The translations under genes and the position numbers were made by a program. This document shows, piece by piece, positions 46,234-57,078 of a stretch of 64,000 bases of DNA (positions within the stretch are counted from its first letter, which is position 1; the number at the start of each line of letters is the position of its first letter). The stretch comes from Lysinibacillus sp. (GTDB lineage: Bacteria; Bacillota; Bacilli; Bacillales_A; Planococcaceae): positions 1,760 through 65,759 of the forward strand of contig JBJEFP010000114.1 in the NCBI GenBank assembly GCA_051874195.1, in the 5' to 3' direction. The notes under the pieces are model-generated. The model saw only the letters and a program-made list of their open reading frames with translations. It was not told the origin of the DNA and ran no database searches.

Positions 46234-47301
46234 TTATTCTTCACCAAGATCGAGCAATAGTGCCTCGTCCATTTCTTCCTCTTCATCCTGGGGATCGATT
46301 ATATGTGCGGCACCCTTACCGATACCATAGGCGTCACGAATCTTCTCGGCAATTTCATCACGGACAGCAGGATTTTCCTTCAGGAACTGCTTCGCATTTT
46401 CCCGTCCTTGTCCAATTCTTTCATCACCGTAAGAATACCAAGAACCTGATTTCTGAACGATATCCAGCTCTGCCCCTATATCGACGATTTCCCCTTCTTT
46501 GGAAATCCCTTCGCCATACATGATATCGACTTCCGCTGTACGGAATGGCGGTGCCACCTTGTTTTTCACGATTTTAATTTTTGTTTTGTTACCGATGATG
46601 TCAGTACCTTGCTTGATTGCTTCAGCTCTCCGGACTTCCAGACGAACAGACGAGTAGAATTTAAGCGCACGTCCACCCGGTGTTGTCTCTGGGTTACCAA
46701 ACATGACGCCGATTTTTTCACGTACCTGGTTGATGAAGATAGCCAATGTTTTGGATTTATTGATAGCACCGGACAGCTTCCGCAATGCCTGGGACATCAA
46801 ACGTGCTTGAAGACCCATATGCGAGTCACCCATCTCGCCCTCGATCTCCGCTTTCGGCACTAATGCTGCTACAGAGTCGATGATCAGGATATCGACGGCG
46901 CCGCTTCGTACTAATGCTTCCGCGATTTCCAGCGCCTGCTCCCCTGTATCCGGCTGTGAAAGTAGTAATTCATCGATGTTAACGCCTAATTTTTGGGCGT
47001 ATACAGGGTCTAGCGCGTGCTCCGCATCGATGAAGGCGGCTTGTCCACCCTTTGCCTGTATTTCTGCAATGGCATGAAGTGCTACAGTCGTTTTACCTGA
47101 AGACTCAGGTCCATAGATTTCGATAATACGGCCGCGTGGGTACCCACCTACCCCTAGTGCTGCATCAAGGGCTAATGAACCACTTGAAGATGTTTCGATT
47201 TTACGGTCCGTCGTCTCTCCAAGCTTCATAATGGAGCCTTTACCGAATTGCTTTTCAATTTGTTTTAATGCCATATCTAATGCGGCTTTACGATCACTCA
47301 C
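46234..47301 (-). CDS. recA: Recombinase RecA
   Basis: [37 protein letters not shown]; GTG start at 47301 behind AAAGGAGG. Confidence 0.98.
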   Translation of the reverse strand: MSDRKAALDMALKQIEKQFGKGSIMKLGETTDRKIETSSSGSLALDAALGVGGYPRGRIIEIYGPESSGKTTVALHAIAEIQAKGGQAAFIDAEHALDPVYAQKLGVNIDELLLSQPDTGEQALEIAEALVRSGAVDILIIDSVAALVPKAEIEGEMGDSHMGLQARLMSQALRKLSGAINKSKTLAIFINQVREKIGVMFGNPETTPGGRALKFYSSVRLEVRRAEAIKQGTDIIGNKTKIKIVKNKVAPPFRTAEVDIMYGEGISKEGEIVDIGAELDIVQKSGSWYSYGDERIGQGRENAKQFLKENPAVRDEIAEKIRDAYGIGKGAAHIIDPQDEEEEMDEALLLDLGEE

Positions 47302-47346
47302 GTATGTTTTCCTCCTTTGAATACGAACTCTTTTCGTTATGTCTCT

Positions 47347-47397
47347 ATTATACTTGTTGTTGAGACAAACCACAAGAAAAAAGCGAACATATTTTCG
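47347..47397 (-). promoter_or_regulatory. recA sigmaA promoter with upstream LexA (SOS) box
   Basis: TTGTGG-17 bp-TATAAT (47375-47347); CGAACATATTTTCG at 47384-47397 is one mismatch from CGAACRNRYGTTCG. Confidence 0.8.
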
Positions 47398-47455
47398 TTT
47401 TTTAGCGAAAATAAAAATTTGGGTATAATTACTATACCCAAATTTTTCATTTAAC

Positions 47456-48709
47456 CTATTGTTTATAGCCTCTTTCAATCAGGTTGCGCATGAGATAACT
47501 GCACGTAAACTTCACGGTTCGCATGCGGTTCATATTACGTGAGCCCAACAGCTGCAGACGATATGTCAGCGGCGGCTCCTGCCCGATGCTGATGCCGATC
47601 CAGACAGTGCCGGCTGGTTCATTACCGTGAGCATCCGGTCCGGCAGCCCCTGTCAATCCTATGCCGATTTCCGTGCCGAATTTTTCGCGTACATTGAAGG
47701 CCATATCCGCAGCGCATTCACTGCTCACCACACTATGTTCCTTGATGATATCGACGGATATGCCAAGTTGTTCGATTTTCGCCTGTTCCGTATAAGTGAC
47801 GATTCCACCGGCAAGAGCAGCGCCTACCCCCGGAATTTCAGCCAGCTCCGCCTGGAACAGACCCGCAGTCAAACTTTCAGCTGCAGCAATCGTTAAATTG
47901 TTTTTCAGCAGCATTTCCACCAGCTTCGATGCCAGCGAATCTTCATCCACACCGTAGCAATATTCACCGACAACCGCCAAAACTTCTTGTTTCTTCTCCT
48001 CGATCATCGCCCATGCCGCTTCTTCTGTATCTGCCTTGGCAGTGATGCGCAGCGTCACTTCCCCGTCTGCAGCTAGCGGCGCAATGGTAGGGTTTGTCTG
48101 CCGGTCGAGAATGTCCTGTAGACGGACTTCAAGCTCCGCCTCTCCTATGCCATAAAAACGCAGGACATGGGAAATGATTTTCGAGCCTTTCGCCATTTTT
48201 TTGGCCAGATACGGCTTTGCTTCATGCTGAAACATCGGCTCCAGCTCTTTTGGAGGTCCCGGAAGCAGGATATATGTATGCTCCCCACGTTCAAAAAGCA
48301 TACCGGGCGCCATTCCGCTATTGTTGGCCAATACATGGCTTCCCTTAAAAACCAATGCCTGCTTGCGGTTATTCTCCGTCATTTCACGTCCATGTTTGGC
48401 AAAGTACTCTTCCACAAAAGAAAGCGCCTTGTCATCGAAAACCAACTCTACCCCTAAGTACTGTGCAATCGTTTCCTTCGTCAAGTCATCCTTTGTCGGT
48501 CCTAACCCTCCAGAAAAGATGAGGCAGTCCGCCCGTTCTTCTGCTATACGAATCGCCTCTTCCAGACGCAGGGCATTATCCCCCACCACTGTATGGTAGT
48601 AGACATCAATGCCCAGCTCGGAAAGCTGACGTGAAATGAATTTGGCATTTGTATTAGCGATCTGCCCTAAAAGTAATTCTGAACCTACTGCAATAATCTC
48701 TGCCTTCAT
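47456..48709 (-). CDS. cinA: Competence/damage-inducible protein CinA (NMN deamidase domain)
   Basis: [35 protein letters not shown]. Confidence 0.96.
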   Translation of the reverse strand: MKAEIIAVGSELLLGQIANTNAKFISRQLSELGIDVYYHTVVGDNALRLEEAIRIAEERADCLIFSGGLGPTKDDLTKETIAQYLGVELVFDDKALSFVEEYFAKHGREMTENNRKQALVFKGSHVLANNSGMAPGMLFERGEHTYILLPGPPKELEPMFQHEAKPYLAKKMAKGSKIISHVLRFYGIGEAELEVRLQDILDRQTNPTIAPLAADGEVTLRITAKADTEEAAWAMIEEKKQEVLAVVGEYCYGVDEDSLASKLVEMLLKNNLTIAAAESLTAGLFQAELAEIPGVGAALAGGIVTYTEQAKIEQLGISVDIIKEHSVVSSECAADMAFNVREKFGTEIGIGLTGAAGPDAHGNEPAGTVWIGISIGQEPPLTYRLQLLGSRNMNRMRTVKFTCSYLMRNLIERGYKQ

Positions 48710-48722
48710 AAATCAACCTCAC

Positions 48723-49301
48723 TTATCTGGAGTCTAATAATACGCGGCGATTTAAATAGAAATAATCCCAACCAGACCAAATGGTGAAGAACAGCGCTAC
48801 ATAAAGCGCAATATCATCAAATGGAATGCCCATCATTGTAAAGATGGTATTGTGTAGAAACAATGCCGAAATTGCAACAATTTGGGCCCAAGTCTTGATT
48901 TTCCCTAGTTGGTTTGCTGCCACTACTTCACCTTCTCCCGCCAAGATCAGGCGAAGACCCGTTACAGCAAATTCCCGGGAAATAATAATAATTACAATCC
49001 AGGCAGGCGCCAGGCCGATTTCCACCAGCAAAATGAGTGCCGCAGACACAAGCAGCTTGTCCGCCAACGGATCCAGGAACTTCCCTAGATTTGTAACGAG
49101 ATTGTATTTCCGAGCATAATAGCCGTCCACCCAGTCGGTTACAGATGCGATGATAAAAATCAAGGCACCGACGAAATGGTTGACGGGCATCTCTGCTCCG
49201 AACAGCTCCATCTCCCCCCAGCCAAAATCGAACATAATTACAATCACGAAAAATGGGATTAAACAAATACGAGAGACTGTAATCTTATTTGGAATATTCA
49301 T
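48723..49301 (-). CDS. pgsA: Phosphatidylglycerophosphate synthase
   Basis: NIPNKIT, DWVDGYYARKYN...GKFLDPLADK. Confidence 0.96.
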   Translation of the reverse strand: MNIPNKITVSRICLIPFFVIVIMFDFGWGEMELFGAEMPVNHFVGALIFIIASVTDWVDGYYARKYNLVTNLGKFLDPLADKLLVSAALILLVEIGLAPAWIVIIIISREFAVTGLRLILAGEGEVVAANQLGKIKTWAQIVAISALFLHNTIFTMMGIPFDDIALYVALFFTIWSGWDYFYLNRRVLLDSR

Positions 49302-49347
49302 TAGCTAACACCTTTCATTTGAAACAAAGTAGCCATCTAAAAGATGA

Positions 49348-50247
49348 CTACTGAGCTTGTTGTTCTTGAACTAATCGAATGATGAAGTTTTGCGTTACGC
49401 CATTCGATGGAGAAGTCACCTCTTCGTCATTCACGAAGACCTTTGCGCTGACCGCGCTGCCTAAACGGATACGCACATATCCATCAGCAGTAGCATCATA
49501 TTCGACCGTTTCTCCAGGATTGTACATCTTCCCAAGGTTATCTACACCCTGCGTATTACGGAAGGCGACCCAGCTCGCACTGTTTACAATTTCAACACGG
49601 ACCTTCAATTCATCCGCACCAGAAACTTCGAAGTTCACATCTTCACCGTTTACAGCACCTGCAGAGATAGACTGTGTTTTGACAGGTTCCTCATTTTCCA
49701 CCTGCTCATCTTCCCCGACAGACTCTTCCGCATCTTCACCAGAAGCACCGTCTGGAGAGCCTTCCTGACTATCATCCTTTGTAGGTTTTACATACTCTAC
49801 AGCTGGTGATTCCTCTTCGCCAATAGGAGGGGTTTCTTTCGTTTTTGCCCAATATAAAATCGAAATAACGGCGATAATCACGATGATGAATAAGGCCACA
49901 ATGATTTTCGGCATCGCTTCCATCGTTTTGTTGGAAGACCGGCTCGCAAGCTTCCGGCGGCTCGGGCTCTGCTTGTATGATTCCACTACCTCTTCTTTCT
50001 GTGTCCCAGGTACATCTTTCTTAAACTGGTCGAGCAGTTCCTCCGGATCCAGACCCACAGCCTCTGCATACTGCTTGATGAACGCCCGTACATAGAAGGA
50101 TCCGGGCATGATTGAATAGTTTCCCTCTTCAATTCCCACCAAATAGCGTTTCTGAATCTTGGTGATTTCTTGTAAATCTTCTAAGCTATATCCTTTCGCT
50201 AATCTCGCTTCCTTTAAGCGAGCTCCTAACTCTGTCAACACTAACAC
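49348..50247 (-). CDS. rodZ: Cell shape protein RodZ
   Basis: HTH (LKEAR...TKIQKRYL..IEEG), YVRAFIKQYA, single TM, DUF4115-like C-terminus. Confidence 0.92.
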   Translation of the reverse strand: MLVLTELGARLKEARLAKGYSLEDLQEITKIQKRYLVGIEEGNYSIMPGSFYVRAFIKQYAEAVGLDPEELLDQFKKDVPGTQKEEVVESYKQSPSRRKLASRSSNKTMEAMPKIIVALFIIVIIAVISILYWAKTKETPPIGEEESPAVEYVKPTKDDSQEGSPDGASGEDAEESVGEDEQVENEEPVKTQSISAGAVNGEDVNFEVSGADELKVRVEIVNSASWVAFRNTQGVDNLGKMYNPGETVEYDATADGYVRIRLGSAVSAKVFVNDEEVTSPSNGVTQNFIIRLVQEQQAQ

Positions 50248-50258
50248 CTACTTTTTAT

Positions 50259-51056
50259 TTAAAAATTGAATCCGCCAAAGCCTCCGAAATCATTCACTGA
50301 AGACATCCTATCATTTTTCTCGATCAGTTCATACGTAATTACCTCATCCGCATGATTACGCAGCTCTATAATATAATCGAAGTCCTCTATTTTATATTCG
50401 GAATGTTGTACGAAAATATCTGGATGTTCAATTACTTTAATTGTATCCATATGCATCATCTCACGCACCAGCTGTTGATGGCGCTCATCATTCGACCGCC
50501 GCGTTACAGCGCCGTCCAAAATGAAGATGTTATTCCCATTGAACTCGTCACCAATCAGTGAGCTGCGGACCGTCTGCTTGATCATCGTAGAGGACAGGAA
50601 TATCCATCTTTTATTGGCACAGACGCTTGCCGCCACAACTGACTCCGTCTTCCCGACGCGCGGCATACCCCGTATGCCAATCAGCTTATTGCCATCTTTT
50701 TTGAAAAGCTCCGCCATGAAGTCGACCAAAATCCCGAGCTCATTACGTACGAAACGGAATGTATTTTTCTCATCCGCATCTTTAGGGATATAGCGGCCAT
50801 GCCGAACGGCCAGTCGATCGCGCAGCTTCGGCTCCCGAAACTTCGTGACGTTGATATGTTCCATCGTCTCGACGATGGAAATGAAACGCTCGATTGATTC
50901 ATCCTTTTCAGCCTTGACGAGCATGCCCCGCCTGACTTCATCGACGCCATTAATCGTTACGATATTTACGCGCAGCATCCCCAGCAGGGAAGCGATATCA
51001 CCTAGCAGTCCCGGTCGATTTACCTGAATCTCATATTCGAAATACCATTCGCCCAT
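50259..51056 (-). CDS. ymfK: YmfK / DUF3388 family ACT-domain protein
   Basis: NRPGLLGDIASLLGML, GIRGMPRVGKTES; conserved position upstream of rodZ. Confidence 0.9.
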   Translation of the reverse strand: MGEWYFEYEIQVNRPGLLGDIASLLGMLRVNIVTINGVDEVRRGMLVKAEKDESIERFISIVETMEHINVTKFREPKLRDRLAVRHGRYIPKDADEKNTFRFVRNELGILVDFMAELFKKDGNKLIGIRGMPRVGKTESVVAASVCANKRWIFLSSTMIKQTVRSSLIGDEFNGNNIFILDGAVTRRSNDERHQQLVREMMHMDTIKVIEHPDIFVQHSEYKIEDFDYIIELRNHADEVITYELIEKNDRMSSVNDFGGFGGFNF

Positions 51057-51265
51057 GAATGTATCCGTCCCCTCTATTTAGAAACGCCCAAAACGTCTAT
51101 AAGTTCCATGATAGCGGATTTTATATGTAATGAAAAGTTCGAAACCATTGTTTTTTACTACAATAATAAAAAATAGGCTAACGAAATGTAATCCTCCCTA
51201 CTTATTCACCAGAAAATCAAAAGGGAAACCTAAAAAGGCTCCCTTTTCAATACTTTTTATAGCAC

Positions 51266-51520
51266 TTACGAAACTTTATGTTCCACTAATTTAACAACGC
51301 AGCTTGCAAGTGCTTTCTTTTCATCCGGCGACGCTACTGACCATAAGTCGGCCAAGACACGCTCTTGTTCATTTTGAGGTTCAACATTTTTCGCTAAATA
51401 TTCCCCGATTTGAAGAGCTGCTTGGTCGATCATTTTTGATGAAACGCCACTCTCTTTCGCATCTTCCACTTTTTCGCCTAAAAAGTGCGTCCATTGCTTC
51501 CAGCTTTCAAGTAAACCCAT
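51266..51520 (-). CDS. ymfJ: DUF3243 family protein (YmfJ)
   Basis: W..FLG..V...IGEYLA..VEP.N.QERVLADLW. Confidence 0.88.
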   Translation of the reverse strand: MGLLESWKQWTHFLGEKVEDAKESGVSSKMIDQAALQIGEYLAKNVEPQNEQERVLADLWSVASPDEKKALASCVVKLVEHKVS

Positions 51521-51562
51521 GTTCTCGCCTCCTCTCGACGATAGTATGTCCGAGGTAAACGA

Positions 51563-52291
51563 TTATATGTACCAGCCACCATTAACATGGAGGATCTGCC
51601 CTGTAACATAATCGGCAGCGCCGCTCAAATAAAAGCACGTCAGCTTTGAGACGTCCTCTACAGTCCCTAGCTGCCGCAATGGTATTTCTTGTATGATGTC
51701 CTGCTTTTCCTCTTCACTCAGATGGCCATTCATCTGCGTATTGATAAAGCCCGGTGCGATGGCGTTGACACGAATGCCATTATAGGCAACTTCCTGCGCA
51801 TACGCTTTTACAAAAGCATGCTGCGCTCCTTTAACAGAAGAGTAAACCACCTCTCCCGCTGCACCTACAGCACCCCAAATCGAACCAATAAAAAGTACAT
51901 AGCTTTTTTGGTTCGATCGAAGCTTCTGCGACACACAGGCAAGCAGTCTCATCGGGTTTTGTACATGGACCCGCCAAAGCTTTTCCATCTCTTCACACGG
52001 TGTGTCCTCAAGCAGCTGTGTATAGGCATGTCCATTCGCAAAGACAACGGCATGCAGCGAAAAAATCTGTCCAGCCAGCAGGTCTGCCCCGTTCGTATGG
52101 GCAAAATCCGCCTGCACGGGAATGAACTCCTGGGACGGGTAGGCGTCTGTATAAGACGCCGCCATCTTCAGAGCGCGCTCTTCCCCAAGATTATAATGAA
52201 GATAAAGCGACCAGCCATCTGCAGCCAATTCATCGCATATCGCTCGGCCGATTGCACCGGAAGCCCCGCATATTAATGCAAATTTCTTCAT
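51563..52291 (-). CDS. ymfI: SDR oxidoreductase YmfI (EF-P 5-aminopentanone reductase, FabG-like)
   Basis: GASGAIG, SIWG, YSSVKG, NAIAPG; synteny with ymfH. Confidence 0.88.
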   Translation of the reverse strand: MKKFALICGASGAIGRAICDELAADGWSLYLHYNLGEERALKMAASYTDAYPSQEFIPVQADFAHTNGADLLAGQIFSLHAVVFANGHAYTQLLEDTPCEEMEKLWRVHVQNPMRLLACVSQKLRSNQKSYVLFIGSIWGAVGAAGEVVYSSVKGAQHAFVKAYAQEVAYNGIRVNAIAPGFINTQMNGHLSEEEKQDIIQEIPLRQLGTVEDVSKLTCFYLSGAADYVTGQILHVNGGWYI

Positions 52292-53589
52292 TTTTGTCGC
52301 TCATTCACAGGCATGATCTTGAATACAGTTTGCTGCTCCTCACCTTGAAGCGATTTGAAAGCTTCCTTCACATCTTCAATCGTCAGCTTTTCAATTGTCG
52401 GTACTGCATCGAACAAATTCATGTCGTTAAATTTATAGCGCGTAAATTGGTTTGCGATAAATTCCAGGGAGTTCAATACACGCAGGAAGTAGCCGATCTT
52501 CTTACGCTTGATGCGCTCCACATCTTCTTGTTTGAAGATGGATTCATCCTCCGCTTCAGCCAATCGTCCTTTAATCGCCTGTACAAGCTCATCCGGTTTT
52601 GACGTGTCCGAACCAATCAGTGAAAAGCCGTAGCCTTTCTCCAATGTAAAGTCAAATGCATACGATTCATCAATCAAGCCATTTTCATATAGGTTCGTAT
52701 AGAAATCAGAAGCACGGCCAAACAGGCATTCAAGCGCAATAGACATCGCCAATTCATGCTTCATCATGGCATCACCTGACAAGTTCACATCTTTCGCCTT
52801 CAGACCCATATATACTTTCGGCTGCTGCACATCCATCTTCATTTCCCGCTCTTTGACCGCCACTTCCGTCGGCTCGTCTTCAAAGATACGCGTTATTGGT
52901 GTCGGCTCTGGGAACTCTTTTTTATTTTGATGATCCTCAATGAAAGCCATCATCTCCGTCGGATCGACTGCCCCGATGACAAACAGTAGCATGTTGGAAG
53001 GGTGATAAAATGTATTGTAGCATGTATAGAGGTGCTCTGCTGTAATTTTATCAATGGATTCAATTGTACCAGCAATGTCGATTTTTACCGGATGATTGTG
53101 GTACATGTTTTCAATGGCTCCAAAGTACATGCGCCAGTCAGGCTGATCATCATACATCCTAATCTCCTGGCCGATGATGCCCTTTTCCTTATTCACCGTC
53201 TCTTCTGTAAAGTAGGGCTGCTGTACAAAATCCAGCAGTGTCTCCGTACTTTTGTAGATGTGGTTTGTTGCAGAGAACAGATAGGCAGTACGTGTAAAGG
53301 ATGTGAAGGCATTTGCCTGCGCCCCCACCTCGCTGAACTTTTGGAAGACATCCCCTTCTTCTTTTTCGAACATTTTATGCTCTAAAAAGTGGGCAATCCC
53401 GTCCGGTACTGTGATTGGTTCTTCTTCACCGATCGGCACAAATGTACGGTCGATGGAGCCGTACTTCGTCGTGAACGTTACAAATGTTTTGGAAAACCCT
53501 TTTTTCGGCAGGATATAAACATCCAGTCCATTTTCCAGCTGTTTATAGTATAATGTTTCACCTAGCTGTTGAAATTCAATTGTCTGCAA
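52288..53589 (-). CDS. ymfH: M16 zinc peptidase YmfH
   Basis: HFLEHKMF inverted zinc motif, NAFTS, EKGIIGQEI. Confidence 0.93.
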   Translation of the reverse strand: MQTIEFQQLGETLYYKQLENGLDVYILPKKGFSKTFVTFTTKYGSIDRTFVPIGEEEPITVPDGIAHFLEHKMFEKEEGDVFQKFSEVGAQANAFTSFTRTAYLFSATNHIYKSTETLLDFVQQPYFTEETVNKEKGIIGQEIRMYDDQPDWRMYFGAIENMYHNHPVKIDIAGTIESIDKITAEHLYTCYNTFYHPSNMLLFVIGAVDPTEMMAFIEDHQNKKEFPEPTPITRIFEDEPTEVAVKEREMKMDVQQPKVYMGLKAKDVNLSGDAMMKHELAMSIALECLFGRASDFYTNLYENGLIDESYAFDFTLEKGYGFSLIGSDTSKPDELVQAIKGRLAEAEDESIFKQEDVERIKRKKIGYFLRVLNSLEFIANQFTRYKFNDMNLFDAVPTIEKLTIEDVKEAFKSLQGEEQQTVFKIMPVNERQK

Positions 53590-53591
53590 AA

Positions 53592-54854
53592 TTAGTCCTC
53601 CTTACCACTTAAGAAATAAACCGCTTCCTGATTGACTTGCTGCGCCATCTTTTGCACATCTTCCTTTGTCACGTCCTGCCAGCGTGCCGCCCATGTGTCA
53701 ACCGTGAATGCTTCGTTTAAATCTTTGTATTGGTCATAAATTTCAATCTGGCCTCGCGCAGAATCCAACGCCTCCTTCAACTGGTTCGTCAGCATTGCCT
53801 TCGTCTGCGTTAATTCCTTTTCTGAAATCTCACCGTTCTGCATTGCTTTCAGCTGCTCATTGATTACATCAATGGCCTTTTTCTCATTGGAAGGCTCGAT
53901 GCCCGAAACGACATACACAAGGCCGTACTGGGAAGCGTAGGAGCTTGATGCATAATAAGCGAGACTTTCGCGCTCGCGCACATTCATGAACAGCTTCGAA
54001 TGTGCATAGCCCCCGAATATGCCATTGAAGATTTGCATTTTCGCAAAATCTTCATGTCCGAAATAAACAGGTGTCGAAAAGCCGATATGCAGTTTGCCTT
54101 GTTTTGTATCCTGACGCTCTCTTGTATAAGGCTCCGGTTTCGTATCGACCTCGACCGGCGCCTGCTTTTCATGCAATTCGCGGTCCCCGAATGGGAGCGC
54201 TTCGCTCAGTTTTTTCTTCATTTCTTCTACATCGATATCCCCTACAACATAGATGTCGATCGTATCGTTCTCCAGCATCGAGTCATATGCCTGCTTCAGG
54301 GACTCAGGTGTCACCGCCTCCACCTCTTCTATCGTGCCGTTTGCGGAAATAGAGGCAGGATGGTTCGGGCGAAGGATTTGCAGGAGACGGTACTGGGCAT
54401 AGCGCGACTTGTCATCAAAAATGGACTGGATGCGCTGCTTTACCATGGCCTTCTCACGCTCGACAATGGCTGGTACAAATGCGCCGTTTTCCAGGTTTGG
54501 TTTGAAGATGGCTGTATGAAGCAGTTCAAGGACCTCATTCAGCACATTCGAATCTGCTAAATAATTGTCATTGACCGTTTCCACATTCATCAAAACCGTA
54601 TGTTCATTCCCGCGCTTGGCTGTATCGAAATATAAAATCGTGCCAAATAGGTCATCCAAATAGCTACGGAATGCTGCCGATGTTTTAAACCTTTCATTCG
54701 AATGCTGTAGCACATTCGTTAATACCGTTCGCTCTGCTGCATCTTTCTCTGTAAGCGGGCGTCTCCATTTAATCGAGAAATTGACCGTTTTGAACTGGGT
54801 CGTTTGTCGAATATGCAGCGAAACGCCTTTCGCTAATTGTGTCGTTGAAAACAA
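53592..54854 (-). CDS. ymfF: M16 peptidase-like non-catalytic subunit YmfF
   Basis: TQFKT, GGYAHSKLFMNVRERESLAYY; no HXXEH motif. Confidence 0.92.
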   Translation of the reverse strand: MFSTTQLAKGVSLHIRQTTQFKTVNFSIKWRRPLTEKDAAERTVLTNVLQHSNERFKTSAAFRSYLDDLFGTILYFDTAKRGNEHTVLMNVETVNDNYLADSNVLNEVLELLHTAIFKPNLENGAFVPAIVEREKAMVKQRIQSIFDDKSRYAQYRLLQILRPNHPASISANGTIEEVEAVTPESLKQAYDSMLENDTIDIYVVGDIDVEEMKKKLSEALPFGDRELHEKQAPVEVDTKPEPYTRERQDTKQGKLHIGFSTPVYFGHEDFAKMQIFNGIFGGYAHSKLFMNVRERESLAYYASSSYASQYGLVYVVSGIEPSNEKKAIDVINEQLKAMQNGEISEKELTQTKAMLTNQLKEALDSARGQIEIYDQYKDLNEAFTVDTWAARWQDVTKEDVQKMAQQVNQEAVYFLSGKED

Positions 54855-55061
54855 AAGAACTCCTCCTGACTACCTATTAAATACAGTTCTATTCCCTATT
54901 ACTATACAGGTGAATATGTGCATAATGCAAAGTTATTATACGACTTTCTGGAAAACGCTGCCGGCATAGAAAAAGGCCGCCTCAAAACGAAGCGGCCTTC
55001 CTCATATACACAGGTTGTTTCATGCGTTTCGCCATAGTGGGATACGAGGAAACGAAAGAAA

Positions 55062-56024
55062 TCAACGCTTCCCTTTAATATAAGGCACACCTGAAGCCTT
55101 TGGAGCTGTCGCCTTACCAATGAACCCGGCTAACGCTAAAATTGTTAGTACATAAGGCAGGATTGTTAAGATTACCGATGGAATATTTTCGATAAGCGGA
55201 ATACTTCCACCTGCAATCGCCAACGCTTGCGCTAAACCGAAGAACAGCGCTGCTCCCATCGCACCTACTGGATGCCATTTACCAAAAATCATCGCCGCAA
55301 TCGCCATGAACCCTTGTCCATTAATCGTCGCATGGCCAAAATCGTTGGTAATAGTCTGGGCATAAATCGCACCGCCGATTCCTGCCATGGCTCCTGAAAT
55401 CATGACGGCAATATAGCGCATTTTTGTTACATTGATCCCCATTGTATCCGCCGCCATCGGATGCTCCCCAACTGCACGCAGGCGAAGGCCGAATGGTGTT
55501 TTGTAAATGACAAACCAAGCGGCAAAAGCAAGGGCGATCGCTAAAATGGAAGTTCCATATACATCCTGGAACAACAGCGGTCCTAAGAATGGAATATCCG
55601 ATAATAACGGAATGTCAAAACGAGCAAATCGTTCAGTGATAAAGTCTGTTTGGCCTTTTCCGTCAAAAATCAATTTCACCAAGAACAACGCAACGGCAAT
55701 GCCTAATAGATTAAGTGCTACCCCTGTCACCGTCTGATCGGCACGGAAGGAAACGGCCGCTACAGCAAGGAACAACGAGAATATCGCACCTACTGCCATC
55801 GCAGCAACTAATGCTACCCAAGGTGTGTAGTCGCCAAGCATATCTGCTGTAAATAGGTTGAATACAATCCCTACGAAGGCACCAATAACCATGATCCCTT
55901 CTATCCCGATGTTTACTACACCTGAACGCTCAGAGAATACGCCGCCGATTGCGCCGAAAATCAATGGAGCTGCGTAGAAAATAGCAGAAGGGACGATGAA
56001 ATATAATACTTCTAAAAAGCTCAT
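55062..56024 (-). CDS. nupQ: Nucleoside/sugar ABC transporter permease (NupQ/YufQ-like)
   Basis: SERSGVVNIGIEG, GLRLRAVGEHP, GFMAIAAMIFG. Confidence 0.85.
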   Translation of the reverse strand: MSFLEVLYFIVPSAIFYAAPLIFGAIGGVFSERSGVVNIGIEGIMVIGAFVGIVFNLFTADMLGDYTPWVALVAAMAVGAIFSLFLAVAAVSFRADQTVTGVALNLLGIAVALFLVKLIFDGKGQTDFITERFARFDIPLLSDIPFLGPLLFQDVYGTSILAIALAFAAWFVIYKTPFGLRLRAVGEHPMAADTMGINVTKMRYIAVMISGAMAGIGGAIYAQTITNDFGHATINGQGFMAIAAMIFGKWHPVGAMGAALFFGLAQALAIAGGSIPLIENIPSVILTILPYVLTILALAGFIGKATAPKASGVPYIKGKR

Positions 56025-56025
56025 A

Positions 56026-57075
56026 TTATTTGCCCTCCTTTTTGCTACCGAACTTTTCGAGTAATACGCGAATCACGTAGCCACATGCTACGAAGAAGAT
56101 GATTAATGCAATGATGATTTCTACAAGCTCAACTGGAATGCCAGCCTCATTCGGCATGTTTAACGCACCAAATTTCAGGGAACCGAATAGTGATGCACCG
56201 AATACAACCCCCAGTGGTGTGTTCGCACCGAGCAGGGCTACGGCAATTCCGTCAAAGCCGATTCCTGTGAACCCGCCTTTAATGGATGCATACCCGAATG
56301 TACCCAGCGCTTCCATAGCACCGGCAAGACCGGCAAATACGCCTGAAATCGTCATCGCTAAAATAATATTCTTTTTCACATTCATTCCTGAATACTCGGC
56401 AGCGTGCTGATTGAACCCTACCGCTTTCAACTCGAAGCCCCGTGTTGTACGTTCCAAAATGAACCACATCACAACTACCATAATCAATGCTACGATGACA
56501 CCCCAGTGGAGGCGGGAGTATTCCGTCATTTGCTCCAACCAAGGCGAACGGAGCGATGCAGTATCCTGAATCTTTTCCGTCCGGTCGCCGCCATCTGACA
56601 AATAGCGGATAAATGCATTCGTCACATGGAGGGCTATATAGTTCAGCATAATCGTCGCAATTACTTCATGGACGCTGAAGCGCGCCTTCAGTACACCAGC
56701 GATGAATGCCCAGAATGCCCCTGCGGCCGCCGCTGCAAGTAATGTTAGTGGCAAGTGGATGAATTTCGGCAACCCTTCGATTGCGAAGCCGACATACGTC
56801 GCGGCCACCCAGCCCATGATCAGCTGGCCTTCAACCCCGATATTGAATAGACCTGTGCGGAAGGCGAATGCTACCGCAAGACCCGCTAAAATGTATGGTG
56901 TAATTTGTCGGATTGTTTCACCGATTGTATAGACATCTCCAAAAATACCGTTCCACAAGGCAATATAGCCGTCAACCGGACTATAACCGGAAGCGAGCAT
57001 GACAATCGCTCCGACAATCAAGCCTAGAATAACTGAAATGACAGGAACGAGAATGTTGATGACACGATTTGACAT
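56026..57075 (-). CDS. nupP: Nucleoside/sugar ABC transporter permease (NupP/YufP-like)
   Basis: GLFNIGVEGQ, EVIATIMLNY, GFDGIAVALLG. Confidence 0.85.
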   Translation of the reverse strand: MSNRVINILVPVISVILGLIVGAIVMLASGYSPVDGYIALWNGIFGDVYTIGETIRQITPYILAGLAVAFAFRTGLFNIGVEGQLIMGWVAATYVGFAIEGLPKFIHLPLTLLAAAAAGAFWAFIAGVLKARFSVHEVIATIMLNYIALHVTNAFIRYLSDGGDRTEKIQDTASLRSPWLEQMTEYSRLHWGVIVALIMVVVMWFILERTTRGFELKAVGFNQHAAEYSGMNVKKNIILAMTISGVFAGLAGAMEALGTFGYASIKGGFTGIGFDGIAVALLGANTPLGVVFGASLFGSLKFGALNMPNEAGIPVELVEIIIALIIFFVACGYVIRVLLEKFGSKKEGK

Positions 57076-57078
57076 AGA

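Noticed and set aside
47324-47336. Second SOS-box-like sequence CGAACTCTTTTCG near the recA RBS
   Set aside because: The spacing is one base short of the 14-bp LexA consensus.
47302-47478. 59-codon in-frame N-terminal extension of RecA in the ORF track
   Set aside because: It runs through the promoter and SOS box. The real start is GTG at 47301 with a strong AAAGGAGG RBS and matches the RecA N-terminus.
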